Source: Heterodontus francisci (taxonomy: Eukaryota). From it: DNA of 64,000 nucleotides. Each line of letters starts with the position of its first letter. Positions within the stretch are counted from its first letter, which is position 1. The stretch spans positions 82,469,658 to 82,533,657 of the forward strand of contig NC_090380.1 in the NCBI RefSeq assembly GCF_036365525.1, in the 5' to 3' direction. Shown piece after piece: positions 60,554-64,000 of the stretch. The notes below the pieces were generated by a model. The model saw only the letters and a program-made list of their open reading frames with translations, was not told the DNA's origin and made no database searches. The translations under genes were made by a program, and so were the position numbers.

Positions 60554-63420
60554 TAACTACAGGGGCATCGCACTCCTTAGCGTCATGGGGAAGGCCTTTG
60601 CTGGGTCATACTTAAAAGACTCCATTTACTTGCAGACTGAGTGTACCCGGAAGCGCAGTGTGGATTGCATGCCAGCAGATCTATTGTGGATATGATCTTC
60701 TCCATGCACCAGCTACAAGAGAAGTGTAGGGAACAGAGTATACCCCTTTACCCTACTTTTGTAGATCTCACTAAGGTATTCGACACCATCAGCAGAGCAG
60801 GGCTCTACAAGATTTTGGGAAAAATTGGCTGTCCACTGAAGCTCCTCAGTCACATTTGCTCCTTCCATGACAACATGCACTGCACTGTGCAGTTTGATTG
60901 CTCTACTTCCAACAGTTTCAGAGTGAGGAATGGAGTGAAAGAACAGGGCTGTGTCCAAGCCCCCACTCTGTTCAGCACGTTCTTCCCCATGCTTCTGACT
61001 TTTGCCTTCCCTGAAGATATGGAAGGAGTCTACTTGCACACTAGGTCAGGTAGCAAGCTCTACAATCTATCAAGGCTCAAAGCGAAGACAAAAACACATC
61101 ACGCCCTGATCAGAGAACTCCTCTATGCTGATGATACTGCGCTAGTCGATCGCACGGAAACTCAGCTACAAAGACTCATGGACTGTCTCTCCTGTGACTG
61201 TAACCTGTTCTCCTTGACTATAAGCATCAAGAAAACTGTGGTCATGGGACAAGATGTTGCATCTCTAAATAACACCCCACTTGAAGTGGTTAGCAAATTC
61301 TGCTACCTTGGGTGACACATCATAGAACCAGAAAAGTTACAGCACAGAAAGTGGCCATTCAGCCCATTGTTTCGGCGCCGGCTGAAAAAACTAGCTGCCC
61401 ATTCTAATCCCACCTTCGAGCACCTGGTGCATAGCCTTGCTGGTTACAGAACTTCAGGTGTAGGTCCAGGTACCTTTTAAATGAGTTCCCTGTGGCTTTC
61501 CAAAGGGCTCAGTGTTGGGTCCCTTGCTGTTTGTGGTATATATTAATGATTTGGACTTAAATGTGAGAGGCATGATTGGAAAATTTGCAGATGACACAAA
61601 AATTGGCTGTGTAGTTGATCGTGAAGAGAATAGCTGTAGACGCCAGAATGATATCAATGGGCAGTGAATTCCAGACACCCACCACCCTTTGGATGAAAAG
61701 GTTTTTCCTCATGTTCCCTCTAATCCTTCTACCAATCATCTTAAATTTGTGCCCCCTGGTAATTGATCTCTCCGCTAGGGGAAACAGGTGCTTCCTGTCT
61801 ACTCTATCTAGGCCCCTCATAATTTTGTACACCTCTATTAAGTCACTCCTCAGCCTCCTCTGTTCTAAGGAAAACAACCCCAGCCAACCCAATCTTTCCT
61901 TATAGCTGCAATTTTTCAGCCCTGGCAACATTCTTGTAAGTCTCCTCTGTACTCTCTCCAGAGCAATTATGTCTTTCCTGTACTGTGATGACCAGAACTG
62001 TTCGCAATACTCCAGCTGTGGCCTAACCAGCATTTTATACAGTTCCAGCATTACATCCCTGCTTTTGTTTTCTATACCTTGGCCAATAAAGGAAGGCATT
62101 CCATATTCCTTCTTCACCACTTTATCTACCTGTCCTGCCACCTTCAGGGACCTGTGGACAAGCACTTCAAGGTCTCTCACTTCCTCTACCCCTCTCAATA
62201 TCCTCCCGTTTATTGTGTACCCCCTCGCTTTATTTGCCCTCCCCAAATCCATTATCTCACCCTTCTCCGGATTGAATTCCATTTGCCACATTTCCACCCA
62301 CTCAACCAAACCATTGATATCATTCTGGAGTCTACAGCTATTCTCTTCACGATCAACTACACAGCCAATTTTTGTGTCATCTGCAAATTTCCCAATCATG
62401 CCTCTCACATTTAAGTCCAAATCATTAATATATACCACAAACAGCAAGGGACCCAACACTGAGCCCTTTGGAAAGCCACAGGGAACCGCTTTCCATTCAC
62501 AAAAACATCCGTCAACCACTATCCTTTGTTTTCTGTCAATGAGCCAATTTTGGATCCAACTCGTCACATTCCCCTGTATCCTATGGGCTTTTACTTTTCT
62601 GACCAGTCTGCCATGTGGGACCTTAACAAATGCCTTACTAAAATCCATGTAGACAACATCCACTGCACTACCCTCATCAATTTACCTTGTTACTTCCTCA
62701 AAAAATTCAATTAAGTTAGTAAGACATGACTTGCGAAAAGCACATGGGATAACACCAAGCTGACCCTTAGGACCAAGCTATGGTTTATAAGGCCTGTGTT
62801 CTCAGCACCTTGCTGTATGGCTGTGAAACATGGGTGACTTACAGCCAGCAAGAAAAGAAGCTCAAAAGTTTCCATCTTCGCTGTTTGCTGTGAATTATGG
62901 GTATATCCTGGCAGGACAAAATCACAAATGCAGTCCTCTCAAGCATGTTGGCACTAACCAAACAAAGGCAGCTTTGGTGGATCGGACACTTCCGCAGGAT
63001 GGAAGATGGTTGCATACCCAAGGACCTTCAGTATGGTGAGGTAGCTGGGGCTACATGACCAATTGGGTGCGTAAAACTCCACTTCAAGGATGCTTGCAAG
63101 CGTGACAAGAAAGACCTAAATACCGACTTTCATACCTGGGAGTCACTAGCTGGCGAAAGAGGGAAATAACGATACATCCTGTGGACTGGTGTGCACTACC
63201 ACGATGACCAGTTGTTACAGCAGGTTGGCAACGGCTGCCAATGCCAAAAATGACCCATAGCCTCACTTGGCAGCTTCACATGCAGCACTTGTGGCAGCAC
63301 CTGCCTCTCAAAGATTGGCCTTCACAGCCATTAATAAAGGTGCACCAAGAGAAGAACACCCCACCTGAATGGATTGTTTGCTGTATGTCCACCATCTTTC
63401 GTAGATGGAAGGATGCCAAT
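60554..63420 (+). mobile_element. Degenerate RTE LINE interrupted by a minus-strand CR1 (~61320-62735)
   Basis: RTE RT ORF 60641-61315 (PEAQCG, LLYADD) resumes at ~62736; CR1 RT ORF 61557-62663. Confidence 0.85.
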
Positions 63421-63429
63421 TCTAATCTA

Positions 63430-63700
63430 TAAACATTTGGTAGCAGTGTTGCAGGTGCCTGGTGAGATCAGGAGACATATTACACTGCAACCCGGCCTGA
63501 ATCTCAAAGGCTATTGGTGTCTACTGCATGCTGTGCGACTTTGCCATCCAGAGAGGCCTAACATTGCATAAGCAGGGGATCCACCTACAGCTAATAACAG
63601 AGAAGGACCCCAACATTGGCCCAGAAGACGTCTGTACTGAAGCATGTTTGCAGACAGGAAAAGTTATGGAAGGAGCGCTCATAGACAAGACAATTACCTG
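63430..63700 (+). pseudogene. Harbinger transposase C-terminal remnant
   Basis: RCLVRSGDILH...YCMLCDFAIQRG resembles the HARBI1 consensus RCLD...CCMLHNFA. Confidence 0.5.
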
Positions 63701-64000
63701 AGATTGAACCACCCAATACACTCATACACCTGTCAATAATATGAAATTAGTGGTTTAGTATGAGACATTAAACCAAGACTCCATCTGCCCTCTCAGGTGA
63801 ATGTAAAAGTAATATCATACTATGAGATCTCAAACAAAGTCATGAAATTCAGTCTGGAACTTAATTTTAATCAATATGTAAGAGTAATGAGGCTCATAGC
63901 CTCACTCAGTCCCTCAAAATTGCCCACTGTAAATGGCAGCATGCAGTGACTCAGCCATGCAGTATCATACACCCGCTGTAGCATACCAAGATCTTCACCA

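Overview
Eukaryotic, very repeat-rich DNA from a cartilaginous fish, most likely a shark. The species inference rests on HE1-type V-SINEs, DeuSINEs and CR1/L2/RTE LINE families. I can support one host gene, on the + strand. It is a multi-exon, non-rearranging Ig-superfamily receptor: leader exon 39264-39327, germline-joined VJ exon 48040-48405, C1-set exon 53086-53385 and transmembrane exon 55179-55288, with an uncertain short cytoplasmic exon. All coding splice sites are GT-AG and phase-compatible. The predicted protein is about 280-300 aa with an antigen-receptor-chain architecture (L-VJ-C1-TM), a CD28-like IPPP loop and an NKp30-like Arg in the TM. The rest is transposable elements: a pol-less ERV-like provirus (two LTRs, tRNA-Ser PBS, 4-bp TSD) nested in a tRNA-headed LINE, nested solo LTRs, decayed PIF/Harbinger elements and their MITEs, a near-intact CR1 LINE, RTE, L2 and Tx1 fragments, SINEs, and a Penelope-type inverted repeat carrying a minimal hammerhead ribozyme motif in a receptor intron. 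Everything was read by eye; boundaries without a stated TSD or splice site are approximate.
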